Shown here: in pieces, positions 1 to 9,645 of the stretch
Layout: the number at the start of each line of letters is the position of its first letter
How positions within the stretch are numbered: position 1 is the stretch's first letter
NCBI GenBank assembly: GCA_904395805.1
Contig: CAJFNV010000009.1
Span: 14,111 to 78,110, forward strand
Direction: 5' to 3'
Origin: Candidatus Gallispira edinburgensis
GTDB taxonomy: Bacteria > Bacillota > Clostridia > Lachnospirales > CAG-274
Length of the DNA stretch: 64,000 nt
Notes under the pieces: model-generated
What the model saw: only the letters and a program-made list of their open reading frames with translations
Told to the model about the DNA's origin: nothing
The model's database searches: none
Position numbers and translations under genes: made by a program

Positions 1-418
1 AACAAAAGTTAATGATATAATGAAGACAGGCGTTTTTAAGATTGATAAAGATGCTCTTCTTGAAGATGCTGCTCTTATTATGAAAGAGAACAGAATAAGT
101 TCTCTTCCTGTTACAGACGGTGAATATCTCGTAGGTATAATCACAAGAACAGATATATTCAGAGCCTTCATTGATATTATGGGCGTTAAAGCTCCCGGTA
201 CAAGAGTTGCTATTACTGCTACCGATAAAACAGGAGTATTTGCTGAAATTACCCAAATCTTTGCTTCTTACGGCATTGATATAAGAAACATAAGTAATTT
301 TAATGAAAACGGCAAACTTGAAATGGTTGTTAAAGTCCGTTCCTTTGACGTTGATAAGGCAGTTGAAGATATTAAGGCTAAAGGCTATACTATTGATTCA
401 ATTACATATGTAAGATAA
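1..418 (+). CDS. CBS-domain plus C-terminal ACT-domain protein (AcuB-like), 5'-truncated by the window edge
   Basis: The frame is open from base 2. The translation shows a CBS-like LPVTD..LVGIITRTDIF segment followed by an ACT-like TRVAITATDKTGVFAEITQIF segment. Confidence 0.7.
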   Translation, partial: TKVNDIMKTGVFKIDKDALLEDAALIMKENRISSLPVTDGEYLVGIITRTDIFRAFIDIMGVKAPGTRVAITATDKTGVFAEITQIFASYGIDIRNISNFNENGKLEMVVKVRSFDVDKAVEDIKAKGYTIDSITYVR

Positions 419-445
419 ATCAAAATTTCACACAGTAAAATTTTC

Positions 446-479
446 AGGGCTGAAGCATATTAATTATTGCTTCAGCCCT
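446..479. terminator. Bidirectional stem-loop (12-bp stem agggctgaagca/tgcttcagccct)
   Basis: Perfect inverted repeat with a 10-nt loop, lying between the convergent CBS/ACT gene and the small minus-strand ORF. There are short T runs on both sides. Confidence 0.6.
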
Positions 480-491
480 TTCTGAGTAAAC

Positions 492-593
492 TTATATATT
501 GCCCTTTTTACCTGCCTGTACAAGGCACATTGTTATAACTCCCACAGTTCCGCCAAACATACTACCCAACACAAATACCAAAAAATCCAGCAT
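492..593 (-). CDS. 33-aa hydrophobic single-TM peptide (MLDFLVFVLGSMFGGTVGVITMCLVQAGKKGNI), absent from the ORF track
   Basis: ATG is preceded by a strong SD (GGGGAGG, 7-nt spacer). There is one predicted TM helix and a basic C-terminus. It is reminiscent of small DUF3789-type peptides of Firmicutes mobile elements, but that is from memory only. Confidence 0.5.
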   Translation of the reverse strand: MLDFLVFVLGSMFGGTVGVITMCLVQAGKKGNI

Positions 594-709
594 TTTACTG
601 CCTCCCCGCATATGCTATGAAGCTTTATATTTTATTATATGATATATAATCTTTCCCATATTTAAAAATATTATACCTGAATTTTGGTTAAATTTTTATT
701 ATTAAAAAA

Positions 710-1006
710 CTAAAGTACGGATAACATTTCTTTAAGCCCGCTTTTGTCTGATACAGTAATTCCATTAGCTGTATTTACAGCAGTTATGTATCCCCACAAA
801 AAGCCACTGCAGTGATATTCCCTTTCCAGAGCATTAATATTGCACTCAAGCTCAAGCATCATATCAAAATCATATGTCTTTTCTCTGAAAATTTTATATA
901 TTTCCTTTTCAATTTCATTTGCCACATCGTTATCTTTAAAATATTTGTTGTCCTCTAAATAATTATATAACCAGTTTAAAAAAGGATATTCTCTTATGTC
1001 TTTCAT
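710..1006 (-). CDS. Hypothetical 98-aa protein of unknown family
   Basis: ORF with a strong SD (GGGAGG, 8-nt spacer). I recognise no family. It is divergent from an XRE regulator. Confidence 0.6.
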   Translation of the reverse strand: MKDIREYPFLNWLYNYLEDNKYFKDNDVANEIEKEIYKIFREKTYDFDMMLELECNINALEREYHCSGFLWGYITAVNTANGITVSDKSGLKEMLSVL

Positions 1007-1120
1007 ACTTGCAGCCTCCCAATATACAAATTTACAGCCAAATTAAAAAAATAATAAATATTGCAGCTTTAATAAAATTATTGTATAATTATATAGTAAA
1101 ATATTATTTTAAGTATATTA

Positions 1121-1140
1121 TATCCAATTTTTGTTGGATA
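1121..1140. promoter_or_regulatory. Candidate operator palindrome TATCCAA-N6-TTGGATA in the divergent intergenic region
   Basis: 7-bp perfect inverted repeat between the 98-aa gene and the XRE gene. Confidence 0.3.
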
Positions 1141-1204
1141 GTCAATACCTTTTTTCCAACAATTTTTAGATTTAGTTGTATTGCACAAAAGAGAGGTCAT
1201 TTTT

Positions 1205-1438
1205 ATGTATAATTCATCTAATGTAGCCGATAAAATAAATTTAATTTTAAAGAATAAAAACATTTCTCAAAAAACGATGCTTAAGGACTGTGAGTTAAAT
1301 AAAAATATTATTTCTACTATGCTGTCACGTGGTTCTATGCCTAAAGCAGATAATCTTGCAAAAATAGCTGACTATCTTGATTGTTCGGTGGACTATCTTC
1401 TTGGTAGAACAGATAATCCTCAAAGTCATAAATCTTGA
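1205..1438 (+). CDS. XRE-family helix-turn-helix transcriptional regulator (77 aa)
   Basis: HTH_3-like ISQKTMLKDCELNKNIISTMLSRGSMPKADNLAKIADYLDCSVDYLLGR. The internal ATG at 1205 has an AGAGAGG SD, so the 1181 start in the track is probably too long. Confidence 0.8.
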   Translation: MYNSSNVADKINLILKNKNISQKTMLKDCELNKNIISTMLSRGSMPKADNLAKIADYLDCSVDYLLGRTDNPQSHKS

Positions 1439-1509
1439 TTTTTAATTATTTTTTTGATATTTATATTACACTATTAAATATTGAAACACTTAAATTTATA
1501 ACATTTAAA

Positions 1510-1550
1510 AAGAGCCGATATATTATATAATTTAATATATATCGGCTCTT
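1510..1550 (-). terminator. Rho-independent terminator downstream of the SASP gene
   Basis: 14-bp perfect stem aagagccgatatat/atatatcggctctt, with a T tract following it on the minus strand. Confidence 0.7.
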
Positions 1551-1638
1551 ACTACAGGATATATCCTGTATATTACAATCTCTCAGATTGCTTTACCATA
1601 AGTTAAATATGATAATTAAATTTTTAAATCACTTTTAA

Positions 1639-1857
1639 TTATGACTCCTGATTAGCCATTTTCTTTTCCTGCTCTTCGATCATTTTCTTGACCATATATC
1701 CACCAACATAACCATTCTGAGCAGAAGTTAAGTCACCATTGTAACCCTTCTTTAAAGGTACACCGATTTCAGATGCAACCTCATACTTGAACTTATCCAT
1801 GGCTTCTCTTGCCTCAGGAACATTTACTCTGTTACTACCACTATTACTACCAGACAT
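1639..1857 (-). CDS. Small acid-soluble spore protein, alpha/beta type
   Basis: Characteristic VPEAREAMDKFKYEVASEIGV and LTSAQNGYVGGYMVKKMI motifs, 72 aa. Confidence 0.9.
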   Translation of the reverse strand: MSGSNSGSNRVNVPEAREAMDKFKYEVASEIGVPLKKGYNGDLTSAQNGYVGGYMVKKMIEEQEKKMANQES

Positions 1858-1961
1858 TTTAGTTACCTCCTATAAATAAATATTTTGTTGGTACACTATT
1901 ATTTTGTCTGAAAATAAATTAAATAGTCAGCCAATTTTTTCAAAAGCTGTCAAAAAACAGA

Positions 1962-2324
1962 TTAATTTATTTTACATTCATCTGTTCTGTTTTCAGCCTT
2001 TCTTTTTGCCTCTTTTTCAACGTTCATATTTTCTTTTGCTCTTCTTTCGGCAAGTTCGCAGGCAACATCATCCCATGTAATGCCCTTTTCAGCCATCATA
2101 ACTTCTGTATGGAAAAGCAGGTCGCATATTTCGCCTACAATTTCGCCCTTATCATCATTTTTTGCGGCAATTATGGTTTCTGTAGCTTCCTCACCTATTT
2201 TTTTTAAAATTTTATCAAGACCTTTATTAAAAAGATAACATGTATAAGAGCCTTCCTGCATATTTTCCTTTCTGCTTTTTATAACAGAATACTCTTCATT
2301 TAACATTTCACCTAAATCAGCCAT
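1962..2324 (-). CDS. hisE: Phosphoribosyl-ATP pyrophosphatase
   Basis: MazG/HisE-like SYTCYLFNKGLDKILKKIGEEATETIIAAKN..EICDLLFH. Its own ATG at 2324 has an AAGGAGAGG SD. It carries a Lys/Glu-rich C-terminal tail. Confidence 0.85.
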   Translation of the reverse strand: MADLGEMLNEEYSVIKSRKENMQEGSYTCYLFNKGLDKILKKIGEEATETIIAAKNDDKGEIVGEICDLLFHTEVMMAEKGITWDDVACELAERRAKENMNVEKEAKRKAENRTDECKIN

Positions 2325-2325
2325 T

Positions 2326-2652
2326 TTATTCCTCTCCTTTAAAATCTTCAAGTTTTCTGTAAAAGCAGGAATAATTTCCCGTATGACAGGCAGCTCCATC
2401 CTGCTTTACAAGCAAAAGTATAGTATCACAGTCACAATCATATCTTATTTCCTTAACATGCTGAAAATGACCGCTGGTTTCACCTTTTATCCATAAGCTT
2501 TGTCTTGACCTGCTGAAATATGTAGCCTTTCCTGTTTTTACAGTTAAATCAAAGGCTTCCTGATTCATATAGGCAAGCATAAGAACTTCTTTTGTTTCAT
2601 AGTCCTGTGCGATAGCCGGTACAAGACCGTCACTGTTAAATTTGATTTCCAT
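2326..2652 (-). CDS. hisI: Phosphoribosyl-AMP cyclohydrolase
   Basis: [48 protein letters not shown] motif set. Confidence 0.9.
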   Translation of the reverse strand: MEIKFNSDGLVPAIAQDYETKEVLMLAYMNQEAFDLTVKTGKATYFSRSRQSLWIKGETSGHFQHVKEIRYDCDCDTILLLVKQDGAACHTGNYSCFYRKLEDFKGEE

Positions 2653-2661
2653 TTTCGTCTC

Positions 2662-3423
2662 CTATTTTAATCTTACAGGAATATTTTTTTCTGCAAGATA
2701 TTTTTTCAAATCAATTATTTCCATTTCTCTGTAGTGGAAAAGGCTTGCAGCAAGAGCAGCTTCTGCACCACCATCGGTTAAAGCTTCTGCAAAGTGTTCC
2801 ATTTTGCCTGCACCGCCTGAGGCAATAACGGGAATTGACACTGCATCGCTTACGGCCTTTGTAAGAGCAATATCATAGCCAGCCTTTGTTCCGTCACAGT
2901 CCATACTTGTAAGAAGTATTTCTCCTGCACCTCTCTTTTCAGCCTCGACTGCCCATTCAACGGCATCCTTGCCTGTGTTCACTCTTCCGCCGTTTAAAAA
3001 AACGTCAAATCCGCCCTGGTCACGTCTTTTAGCATCAATAGCTACAACTACGCACTGATCTCCGAATTTTTCGGCAGCTTCATTTATAAGCTCAGGTCTT
3101 TTAAGTGCTGCTGAATTAACGGCTATTTTGTCGGCACCTGCACTTAATATTCTTCTGAAATCTTCTATACTTCTTATACCTCCTCCAACCGTAAGAGGAA
3201 TAAAAACCTGTTCTGCAGTTCTTGAAACCACATCAAGCATAATATTTCTGTCATCAGATGATGCCGTTATATCCAGAAACACAATTTCATCAGCCAGTGA
3301 TTTGTTGTACATTGCAGCAATTTCAACAGGATCACCCGCATCTCTTAAATTAACAAAATTTACACCTTTAACAACCCTTCCGTTATTTACATCAAGGCAG
3401 GGTATTATACGTTTAGTGTGCAT
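2662..3423 (-). CDS. hisF: Imidazole glycerol phosphate synthase, cyclase subunit
   Basis: [29 protein letters not shown], full-length 253 aa. Confidence 0.95.
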   Translation of the reverse strand: MHTKRIIPCLDVNNGRVVKGVNFVNLRDAGDPVEIAAMYNKSLADEIVFLDITASSDDRNIMLDVVSRTAEQVFIPLTVGGGIRSIEDFRRILSAGADKIAVNSAALKRPELINEAAEKFGDQCVVVAIDAKRRDQGGFDVFLNGGRVNTGKDAVEWAVEAEKRGAGEILLTSMDCDGTKAGYDIALTKAVSDAVSIPVIASGGAGKMEHFAEALTDGGAEAALAASLFHYREMEIIDLKKYLAEKNIPVRLK

Positions 3424-3438
3424 AATAATATCTCCATT

Positions 3439-4302
3439 CTATTCTTTTTTCTTTTTAATATGAGCTCCTACAATTTCCGATACATCGGATATGGTCATAA
3501 AAGCAGAGCCGTCATCATCCCTTACGATTCTTTTAAGCTCGCTTAATTCTATTCTTGTAACCACACAGTATAAGACGATTTTCTTGCCGCTTATAAGACC
3601 TTCACCTTCAAGAAGTGTTACCGTTCTTCCCAGATGCTTATAAATATTGTCGGCTATCCTTTCACCGTTTTCGGTTATTATCATAACAGCTTTTCCCTGT
3701 TCCATACCTGTTTCAACAATATCTATGACCTTTGATGTTATAAAATATGTAAGAAGACTGTATAAAGCTCTGTCAGGACCAAATATAAAGCCTGCACAAG
3801 AGAAAATAATAAGATTAAAAAACAGTATTATCTGTCCTGTTGAAAACTGTGTTTTTTTGCTTAAGAGCAATGAAACGGCATCAAATCCGTCAACACAGCC
3901 TCCTGCTTTAAGTATGATGCCCACACCAAGACCTAAAAACAAACCTCCATATACAGTGGCAAGAAGAGGATCATCGGTAATTTCACCCATTTCTTCAAAG
4001 ACAACAAGAAATATTGAAAATATTATCATTGCAAATGTTGCCTTAAAAGCAAAATTCTTTCCCAGAATTCTCCATCCTACAATGAGAAAAGGTATATTAA
4101 GTATAATTGTAAAATAACTTAACTTTATTCCCGTAAGCTGACTTAGTATAATTGATATACCAACCACACCACCGTCAAGAATTTGTTTTGCAACAAGAAA
4201 CTCCTCAATCGCAAAGGCAGCAATTACAGCACCAATGGCAAGAAAAATATATGAAAATATATTCTTAATAATAACTATTTTTAAAGATTTGCTGTCGCTC
4301 AT
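3439..4302 (-). CDS. YitT-family integral membrane protein (DUF161 repeats plus C-terminal DUF2179-like domain)
   Basis: Multi-TM N-terminus and a soluble C-terminus (GKAVMIITENGERIADNIYKHLGRTVTLLEGEG..YCVVTRIELSELKRIV). It is embedded between hisA and hisF. Confidence 0.75.
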   Translation of the reverse strand: MSDSKSLKIVIIKNIFSYIFLAIGAVIAAFAIEEFLVAKQILDGGVVGISIILSQLTGIKLSYFTIILNIPFLIVGWRILGKNFAFKATFAMIIFSIFLVVFEEMGEITDDPLLATVYGGLFLGLGVGIILKAGGCVDGFDAVSLLLSKKTQFSTGQIILFFNLIIFSCAGFIFGPDRALYSLLTYFITSKVIDIVETGMEQGKAVMIITENGERIADNIYKHLGRTVTLLEGEGLISGKKIVLYCVVTRIELSELKRIVRDDDGSAFMTISDVSEIVGAHIKKKKE

Positions 4303-4316
4303 GAAATCATCTCCGA

Positions 4317-5030
4317 TTACTGAAATTTACTTATAACATCTTTTAAATTCAGAGCACCGTTATAAAGAGCTTTTCCTATTATAACACCTGCCGCATTTAT
4401 ATTATTAACATTTTCAATGTCCTCCATTTTGGAAACACCGCCTGATGCAATAATATCCATGCCTGTCTTTTCTATCAGATCCTTTGTGGACTCAATATTC
4501 GGACCGCTCATCATACCGTCCTTTGATATATCTGTGTATATAACAGTGTTTACTCCATATTCCTTCATTTTAAGGCACAGATCAACAGCAGTTACATCAC
4601 TTATTTCTTCCCAGCCTGATATTGCAACCATACCGTTTTTGGCATCAACACCAACGGCAATTTTATCGCCGAATTTTTCTGCAGCTTCTTTTACAAGCTC
4701 AGGATTTTTAACAGCGGCTGTTCCTATAATTACCCTTGAAGCACCGGCATTTATTCTGTCCTCAATATCCTTCATTGTTCTTACTCCGCCGCCTGTTTCG
4801 ATTTTAACGTCATATTTAGACTTTATATCCTTTATTATGTCTGTCACAAAAGTCTTTCCGTATCTTGCACCGTCAAGATCAACAATATGTATATATGTTG
4901 CACCAGCTTCAACCCAATCCTTTGCAGCTTCAACAGGGCTGTCATTAAACACTGTTACATCATCAAAACTTCCCTGTGAAAGCCTTACTGCTTTGCCGTC
5001 AATTATATCTATAGCAGGATAAATTTGCAT
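4317..5030 (-). CDS. hisA: ProFAR isomerase
   Basis: MQIYPAIDIIDGKAVRL..VDLDGA..GGGVR, 237 aa. Confidence 0.95.
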   Translation of the reverse strand: MQIYPAIDIIDGKAVRLSQGSFDDVTVFNDSPVEAAKDWVEAGATYIHIVDLDGARYGKTFVTDIIKDIKSKYDVKIETGGGVRTMKDIEDRINAGASRVIIGTAAVKNPELVKEAAEKFGDKIAVGVDAKNGMVAISGWEEISDVTAVDLCLKMKEYGVNTVIYTDISKDGMMSGPNIESTKDLIEKTGMDIIASGGVSKMEDIENVNNINAAGVIIGKALYNGALNLKDVISKFQ

Positions 5031-5031
5031 A

Positions 5032-5628
5032 TTATAATCCTCCGAAATTCTTTAATATTTCAAGTCCCACATCGCCGCTTTTTTCGGGATGGAACTGTAA
5101 AGCAAAAATATTGTCTTTCTGTACAGCTACCTGTATTTCCTTTCCGTAGTCAGTCGTTGCGGAAACAACAGGTGCATCTGTCTCAAGATAATAGGAATGT
5201 ACAAAATATACATAGGGATTTTCTCCCAGATTGTCAAAAAGAGGACTTCTCATCTTTATATTAAGACTGTTCCAGCCAATATGAGGCTTTTTAACATTGT
5301 CAGGCAAAAGTTTTATTTCTCCCGGTATAAGCTTAAGCCCCTCATACTCGCCGTATTCATAGCTTTTGTCAAATACCATCTGCATACCAAGACAAATGCC
5401 AAGGAAAGGCTTGTCCTTTTTAACACCCTCATATATAGCCTTGTCAAATCCTTTTTCTCTTATAGTGTTTATAGCATCACCAAAAGCACCGACGCCGGGA
5501 AGCACAATTTTGTCTGCCTTTTCGATCTCACTTATATCACTTGTGACGATCGTCTTTTGACCCACATATTCGAGAGCTTTCTGTACACTCCTTAAATTTC
5601 CCATTCCATAATCAATTACCGCTATCAT
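5032..5628 (-). CDS. hisH: Imidazole glycerol phosphate synthase, glutaminase subunit
   Basis: IAVIDYGMGNLRSV..LPGVGAF..GICLGMQ..FVHSY..QFHPEKS. Confidence 0.95.
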   Translation of the reverse strand: MIAVIDYGMGNLRSVQKALEYVGQKTIVTSDISEIEKADKIVLPGVGAFGDAINTIREKGFDKAIYEGVKKDKPFLGICLGMQMVFDKSYEYGEYEGLKLIPGEIKLLPDNVKKPHIGWNSLNIKMRSPLFDNLGENPYVYFVHSYYLETDAPVVSATTDYGKEIQVAVQKDNIFALQFHPEKSGDVGLEILKNFGGL

Positions 5629-6218
5629 TATTCCAACATTCCCTTTGTAGATAATACTCCGTCTATTCTTTCATCTATCTGAGTTGCCATATCCATGGCT
5701 CTTCCGAAAGCCTTGAATATACCTTCGGCAATGTGATGATTATTCTTGCCGTCAAGCACCTTAATGTGCAGTGTCATACCGCAGTTATCTGAAACAGCTC
5801 TGAAAAATTCCTCAACCATTTCCGTATCAAAAAGTCCTATACTTGACATTGTAAATTCAGCATCAAAATTAAGATAAGACCTGCCTGAAAAATCTATTGC
5901 ACACAACACAAGAGTTTCATCCATAGGCACAATAGCCTGACCGTATCTCTTTATTCCCGCTTTATCGCCTAAAGCCTCTGCAATACACTTTCCAAGCACG
6001 ATACCCACATCTTCAACAGTATGGTGACAGTCCACATCCAGGTCTCCGTCTGCCTTTACATCCATATCCATAAAACCATGCTTTGAAATATGGGTAAGCA
6101 TATGATCAAAAAAACCTATACCTGTATCTATATTGTTTACACCGCTGCCGTCAATGTCAAGACGCATATGAATTTTTGTTTCATATGTATTTCTGTCAAT
6201 TACAGATATTCTGTCCAT
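5628..6218 (-). CDS. hisB: Imidazoleglycerol-phosphate dehydratase
   Basis: TYETKI..GIGFFDHML..DCHHTVEDVGI..NNHHIAEGIFKAFGRA. Confidence 0.95.
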   Translation of the reverse strand: MDRISVIDRNTYETKIHMRLDIDGSGVNNIDTGIGFFDHMLTHISKHGFMDMDVKADGDLDVDCHHTVEDVGIVLGKCIAEALGDKAGIKRYGQAIVPMDETLVLCAIDFSGRSYLNFDAEFTMSSIGLFDTEMVEEFFRAVSDNCGMTLHIKVLDGKNNHHIAEGIFKAFGRAMDMATQIDERIDGVLSTKGMLE

Positions 6219-6232
6219 ATATATAACCCTCT

Positions 6233-7528
6233 TTATTTTTTCATTCTTACTTTAATTGAATTTGCATGAGCTGTAAGTCCTTCTGCCTCTGCAAATTTAA
6301 TTACATCCTCACCAAGTTCCTCCATAGCTTCCTTGCTGAAAGATATTATACTTGACTTTTTAATATAGTCGTCAATTGAAAGAGGTGAGAAAAATCTTGC
6401 AGTACCTCCTGTGGGAAGCACATGATTAGGACCTGCCATATAGTCGCCTAAAGGCTCCGGTGTATAGTGTCCTAAGAAAATAGCACCTGCATTCTGTATC
6501 TTAGGAAGTAAGCTGAAAGGCTCCCTTGTAGATATTTCAAGATGTTCGGGTGCAATTTTGTTGCAAAGATCGCATGCCTCGTCAAAGTTCTCTACTACAA
6601 TTATTGCTCCGTAGTTGTCCTGTGACTTTTTAATTATTTCCTTTCTTTCAAGGGCATTTGTCTGCTTTTCAGCCTCGATCTGCACCTTTTCAGCAAGCTC
6701 TCTGCTGTCTGTTATAAGCACAGCAGAAGCAAGCTCATCATGTTCAGCCTGTGAAAGCAGATCTGCAGCCACATATTCGGGATCAGCACTGTCATCTGCA
6801 AGTATAAGTATTTCACTCGGACCTGCAACAGAATCAATATTTACATATCCGTAAACACTTCTCTTTGCAAGAGCAACAAATATATTTCCCGGACCTACTA
6901 TTTTATCCACCTTAGGCACTGACTCTGTACCAAAGGCAAGAGCAGCTACAGCCTGTGCTCCTCCTGCCTTATAAATTTTATGCACACCTGCAATATGAGC
7001 AGCCACAATTGTTGTTGGGCTTATTTTGCCATCAGCAGACGGAGGAGTTGTCATAACAATTTCCTCAACTCCTGCCACCTTTGCAGGAATAATATTCATA
7101 AGCACACTTGAAGGATAAGCAGCCTTGCCTCCCGGAACATAAACTCCGACCTTTTCAAGAGGTCTTATCATCTGTCCCAGCATTTCACCGTTTTTGCTTG
7201 GTTCAAGCCAGCTGTTTATTTTCTGCTTTTCGTGAAAATCACCTATTCTCCTGGCTGATCTCTTTATAACTCTTATCAAATCCTCGTCAACACTTTTATA
7301 TGCTTCATCTATTTCTTCCTGTGTCACAAGAATATTTTCGGCATTCACATCAAATTTGTCAAACTTCTTTGTATATTCAAATAAAGCCTTGTCACCATTT
7401 GCCTTTATATCAGCAATAATGCCGTTTACAATTTCCTGAACATTGCCATGTTCAAGCTGTGAACGTGACAATAAAGCCTCTACAAGCTTCTTGCCTTCAC
7501 TGTCATCATATTTTATAATATTTATCAT
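6233..7528 (-). CDS. hisD: Histidinol dehydrogenase
   Basis: 431 aa with [30 protein letters not shown] motifs. Confidence 0.95.
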   Translation of the reverse strand: MINIIKYDDSEGKKLVEALLSRSQLEHGNVQEIVNGIIADIKANGDKALFEYTKKFDKFDVNAENILVTQEEIDEAYKSVDEDLIRVIKRSARRIGDFHEKQKINSWLEPSKNGEMLGQMIRPLEKVGVYVPGGKAAYPSSVLMNIIPAKVAGVEEIVMTTPPSADGKISPTTIVAAHIAGVHKIYKAGGAQAVAALAFGTESVPKVDKIVGPGNIFVALAKRSVYGYVNIDSVAGPSEILILADDSADPEYVAADLLSQAEHDELASAVLITDSRELAEKVQIEAEKQTNALERKEIIKKSQDNYGAIIVVENFDEACDLCNKIAPEHLEISTREPFSLLPKIQNAGAIFLGHYTPEPLGDYMAGPNHVLPTGGTARFFSPLSIDDYIKKSSIISFSKEAMEELGEDVIKFAEAEGLTAHANSIKVRMKK

Positions 7529-8169
7529 TGTTTTTCACCTGTCAACTTTCTTAATCCCTCTATTATTTTTGCTATTCTTTCATGTTCAAGCTTCATACTC
7601 ACTCTGTTTACAACAACTCTTGCAGACACAGGGCAAATATCGGCAAGAACTTCAAGTCCGTTAGCCTTTAATGTTGACCCTGTTTCAACTATATCAACTA
7701 TTACATCGCTTAATCCTACAATAGGAGCAAGCTCCACACTTCCGTGAAGCTTAACTATTTCTATTGTCTGATGCTTTTTCTGATAAAAGTATTCCTTTGC
7801 AACATTAGGATACTTTGTTGCAACAACAAGGTCCATAGAATTGTCAAGCTTATTCTGTATCTCCCTATATCCTGCCACTGCAAATCTGCACTTGCCCATT
7901 TTAAGGTCAAGAACTTCATATAAATTTCTGCCCTCTTCAAGAAGGGTGTCCTTACCTACAATACCGATGTCAGCAGTACCGCTTTCTACATATGTAGGCA
8001 CATCAGACGCCTTTGCAAGGAAAAACTTAACTTTAAGCTCCTCATTTGTAAATATAAGCTTTCTTGAGCTTTCCTTCATTTCATCACAGGTAATGCCAAG
8101 TTTTTCAAGCATTTCCATACTTTTTTCTGCCAGTCTGCCTTTAGCCAAGGCAAAAGTTAAATAATCCAT
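7525..8169 (-). CDS. hisG: ATP phosphoribosyltransferase, short (HisZ-dependent) form
   Basis: 214 aa, [42 protein letters not shown]. Confidence 0.95.
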   Translation of the reverse strand: MDYLTFALAKGRLAEKSMEMLEKLGITCDEMKESSRKLIFTNEELKVKFFLAKASDVPTYVESGTADIGIVGKDTLLEEGRNLYEVLDLKMGKCRFAVAGYREIQNKLDNSMDLVVATKYPNVAKEYFYQKKHQTIEIVKLHGSVELAPIVGLSDVIVDIVETGSTLKANGLEVLADICPVSARVVVNRVSMKLEHERIAKIIEGLRKLTGEKQ

Positions 8170-9416
8170 TACTTTGACTCCTCCTCTGCTAAAAGGTCTG
8201 TAATACTTACAGTTTTTTCACTGCTATCACTTACGTTTATAAGCTTTATTTCATTTCCCTTAAAAACTAAAATATAAGGAATATTCTTATTCACTGCATA
8301 TTGTCTGTTTTCTTCAATATCGAAACCTAAAAAGCTCATTTCAACACTTATGCCTTTTTCTCTGAGTATATTGGCTGTTTTAAAAGCTTCAATTCTGCTG
8401 CCACTGTCATATACAGCAATATATTCTGAGCCTTTTTCTTCAGGCATATCCATTATTTTCATAAGGTCATTTACTTTCAAAGCAAAGCCTACGGCAGGCA
8501 TTTCGGTACCGAATTTTTCAACCATATTGTCGTATCTTCCGCCGTCTAAAATAGATGCACCGCTGCCCTTTCCGTATCCTCTGAATATAAGCCCCGTATA
8601 GTAATCCATTGAGCCTATTACACCAAGGTCAAAGGATATATATTTTTCAAAACCAAGGCTTTTTAATATGTTATAAAGCTCACCAAGATAATTTATAGCC
8701 TTTAAGGAGCTTTCATTTGTCACCTTATCTCTTACCTTATGGATAACACTTTCATTGCCGATAAGCAAAGGAAGCTCCTGTAAAATATATTTTATATTCT
8801 TATTTTCAATATTTTCGGCAAGCTCATTTACTGCAACATAATTTTTCTTAATTATGTTCTTCTGAATAGCTGAACCGATTTCATCACTAACATTTGCTTC
8901 TTCAATTACACCCTTTAAAAACAGTGCATGACCTAAATCAAGTTTAAAATTATCTACTCCTACAGCAAGGAGAGAATTTATTGCACAAGTTACAACCTCT
9001 GCATCAGCTTCTATAGAATTTACTCCCAGAAGCTCAATACCTGCCTGTGTAAATTCTCTCAGCTTGCCCTGGTAATTTTCATTAGTTCTGAACATACTCT
9101 CTATGTAATAAAACTTAAGAGGCAGATCCTTTTTACTGTAAGCAGTTGCTCCTATTCTGGCTATTGCAGGAGTCATATCAGGTCTTAACACAAGGAGAGC
9201 ACCGTCTCTGTCAAGGAATTTAAAAACCCTGCTGTCCTTAACACCGCCCATACCGCAGAAAACATCATTATATTCAAATGTAGGGCTTATAACAGGCAAA
9301 TAACCATAGCTTTTAAAAACTTTAGCTATACTGTCCTCTATCTTTTTCTTTAATATACATTCATTAGGCAAATAATCCTTAACACCCTCCGGTGTATGAA
9401 GTTTACTTATTAACAT
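8169..9416 (-). CDS. hisZ: ATP phosphoribosyltransferase regulatory subunit (HisRS paralogue)
   Basis: Class II aaRS-like [27 protein letters not shown], directly upstream of the short hisG. Confidence 0.9.
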   Translation of the reverse strand: MLISKLHTPEGVKDYLPNECILKKKIEDSIAKVFKSYGYLPVISPTFEYNDVFCGMGGVKDSRVFKFLDRDGALLVLRPDMTPAIARIGATAYSKKDLPLKFYYIESMFRTNENYQGKLREFTQAGIELLGVNSIEADAEVVTCAINSLLAVGVDNFKLDLGHALFLKGVIEEANVSDEIGSAIQKNIIKKNYVAVNELAENIENKNIKYILQELPLLIGNESVIHKVRDKVTNESSLKAINYLGELYNILKSLGFEKYISFDLGVIGSMDYYTGLIFRGYGKGSGASILDGGRYDNMVEKFGTEMPAVGFALKVNDLMKIMDMPEEKGSEYIAVYDSGSRIEAFKTANILREKGISVEMSFLGFDIEENRQYAVNKNIPYILVFKGNEIKLINVSDSSEKTVSITDLLAEEESK

Positions 9417-9475
9417 ATTTCTGTCCTTCCTGATTAAAACTTTACTTTATTACGCTAAAGCAATAAACTAAATTT

Positions 9476-9503
9476 ATTATATCATAATTATATTATTTGT
9501 CAA
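9476..9503 (-). promoter_or_regulatory. Sigma-A type promoter for the his operon (TTGACA-16-TGaTATAAT)
   Basis: On the minus strand, TTGACA is at 9503-9498 and an extended -10 TGATATAAT ends at 9476, about 55 nt upstream of the hisZ ATG. Confidence 0.6.
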
Positions 9504-9602
9504 GCATATATTTCCATTAATTAACCTATTGTATTATTGTATTATTGTACTCCAAAAGCCTCTGTTTGTCAAAATTTTATTTTATAAACTTATTATCTAA
9601 AA

Positions 9603-9641
9603 ATCTGCCGTAAATCACCTTTCAGGCTATTTACGACAGAT
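9603..9641 (-). terminator. Terminator downstream of feoB
   Basis: 13-bp stem atctgccgtaaat/atttacgacagat (one G.U) flanked by A and T runs. Confidence 0.7.
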
Positions 9642-9645
9642 TTTT

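Noticed and set aside
1009-1263. ORFs 1009-1212 (+) and 1078-1263 (-) in the divergent intergenic region.
   Set aside because: They lie in AT-rich promoter and operator DNA, give Ile/Tyr/Lys/Phe-rich nonsense translations, have no SD, and overlap the better-supported XRE start at 1205.
1858-1961. Sigma-G-type forespore promoter upstream of the SASP gene (TGACTA-17-CAAAATA on the minus strand).
   Set aside because: The match to the GnATA/CATnnTA consensus is too loose to call from sequence alone. A forespore promoter is expected biologically but is not supported well enough to list as a feature.
2322-2328. hisI/hisE junction as a frameshifted (pseudogenised) hisIE fusion.
   Set aside because: hisI ends with a clean TAA. 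hisE starts 1 nt later with ATG preceded by an AAGGAGAGG SD inside the end of hisI. Both domains are complete, so they are treated as two intact genes.
3128-5022. Long plus-strand ORFs (3128-3463, 3647-4117, 4417-5022) opposite hisF, the yitT-like gene and hisA. Similar antisense ORFs occur elsewhere, for example 10232-10711, 26997-27374, 34632-34931, 45620-46225 and 47689-48081.
   Set aside because: Each lies entirely within a well-supported conserved gene on the other strand. Their translations are low-complexity Ser/Ile/Leu/Pro-rich strings with no motifs and no SD. They are shadow ORFs.
9527-9548. Short tandem repeat tattgt-attattgt-attattgt upstream of the his promoter.
   Set aside because: This is low-complexity AT-rich slippage sequence. 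It is only about 2.75 copies of 8 bp and has no symmetry or second occurrence to suggest a binding site.
9417-9645. T-box or attenuator leader upstream of hisZ. The same was considered upstream of gltX at 61686-61810 and ilvE at 58194-58279.
   Set aside because: The leaders are short (roughly 50-60 nt from the predicted -10 elements). They lack the conserved T-box sequence, specifier-loop architecture and terminator/antiterminator pairs.
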